From the IMG/VR virus record IMGVR_UViG_3300046167_000533, positions 1-55,298 of that record: 55,298 bases of DNA; one strand, 5' to 3'. Both the position numbers and the translations under genes were made by a program. Origin of the DNA: a virus. Taxonomy: Duplodnaviria; Caudoviricetes. Below, one piece after another: positions 54,730 to 55,298 of this stretch. Within the stretch, counting starts at the first letter, position 1. Each line of letters starts with the position of its first letter. The notes under the pieces were generated by a model. It did not search any database. It saw nothing but the letters and a program-made list of their open reading frames with translations, and was not told the origin of the DNA.

Positions 54730-55298
54730 TGGGTAGCAAACCGAAGAGAAGCGATTACAAGGCATCTCCTGCAGAGATCGCAAACGCGAAGATCGGGGCC
54801 GAGAAAGCAGAATTTTTTGAAAGGAACTACCAGCCTTTAAACGTGGCCGAGCTAAAAGACGCTCTGTCCGATGATGTGACAAAGCTGGCCCGTAGCAGAG
54901 CAAACGCGGACGTTATGCAGTCCTTGACCTCCGCGCCAACCTACCAACAGACGCAGAATGCAGGGCAGTTTTCGCGAGATTTCTCGCAGGCATACCAAGG
55001 TCAACTGGGCAAAGCCACTGCCGGTGCTGAAACGCTGCAAAACCAACGCGCAGCAGCAGCTGTGGGTGTAGCTCAGGGTCAGAGCGCGGCGAGTGGAACC
55101 GCGCGCTCTGCGCTCGCTGATATCGGCACGTCCCGACAACTTGATCGAGCTAAAAATAACGCACTGGTTCGGGCGGCTAAGGTCGACGCCGGTATGCGTA
55201 TCGCGGGTGCAGCTGGGGATAAAGCCTTCGGTTCGGGTGATCCTACGAAGCCCAACGCCTGGGACAACATGCGTAACGCGTATAACAAAGCGTCAGGG
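54729..55298 (+). CDS. Putative internal virion protein (stop codon is TAG at 1-3 across the junction; not in the ORF track)
   Basis: 190 open codons, MGSKPKRSDYKAS...NAYNKASG, Ala/Gln-rich. Confidence 0.8.
   Translation, partial: MGSKPKRSDYKASPAEIANAKIGAEKAEFFERNYQPLNVAELKDALSDDVTKLARSRANADVMQSLTSAPTYQQTQNAGQFSRDFSQAYQGQLGKATAGAETLQNQRAAAAVGVAQGQSAASGTARSALADIGTSRQLDRAKNNALVRAAKVDAGMRIAGAAGDKAFGSGDPTKPNAWDNMRNAYNKASG

Larger units (their letters stand above)
1..55298. mobile_element. Complete circularly permuted temperate tailed phage genome (excised form, intact attP)
   Basis: Terminase, portal, capsid, tail, lysis, replication, integrase and repressor genes are all present with no host genes. 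ORF 54729-55298 is exactly 190 codons and is closed by TAG at 1-3, followed by AGGAG and ATG at 12. Confidence 0.93.

Noticed and set aside
1-55298. Alternative genetic code or stop-codon reassignment
   Set aside because: Long genes are open in the standard code and all three stops are used. The breaks are frame changes, not in-frame stops.

Overview
This window looks like a complete, circularly permuted ~55.3 kb genome of a temperate tailed dsDNA phage, podovirus-like, with a host that is probably a gammaproteobacterium (inference). The last ORF (54729-55298) is closed by the TAG at positions 1-3. The + strand (43.8 kb through the junction to 24.8 kb) carries terminase, portal, scaffold, major capsid, adaptor, ejection, lysis and tail-fibre genes, then attP (3' end of a tRNA-Ser) and a tyrosine integrase. 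The - strand (43.5 to 24.8 kb) carries small early genes, a MoxR-type AAA / Nmad5-like / vWA-metallopeptidase trio, a family A DNA polymerase (Leu762 type), a CsrA homologue, primase-helicase, PD-(D/E)XK nuclease, SNF2 helicase, an SSB-like protein, VRR-NUC, repressor and excisionase. The notable non-coding signals are: (i) a capsid mRNA leader that can fold into six back-to-back H-type pseudoknots; (ii) 12 copies of a 19-bp palindromic operator, seven built into TTGnnn-N17-TAATAT promoters on both early and late genes; (iii) an iteron-like origin; (iv) heptamer arrays, a 16-bp inverted repeat and a G-quadruplex motif around the strand switch. Three loci (tail fibre, primase-helicase, GP88-like gene) are frameshifted, probably by sequencing error. 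Family names come from recognising motifs by eye, not from database searches.
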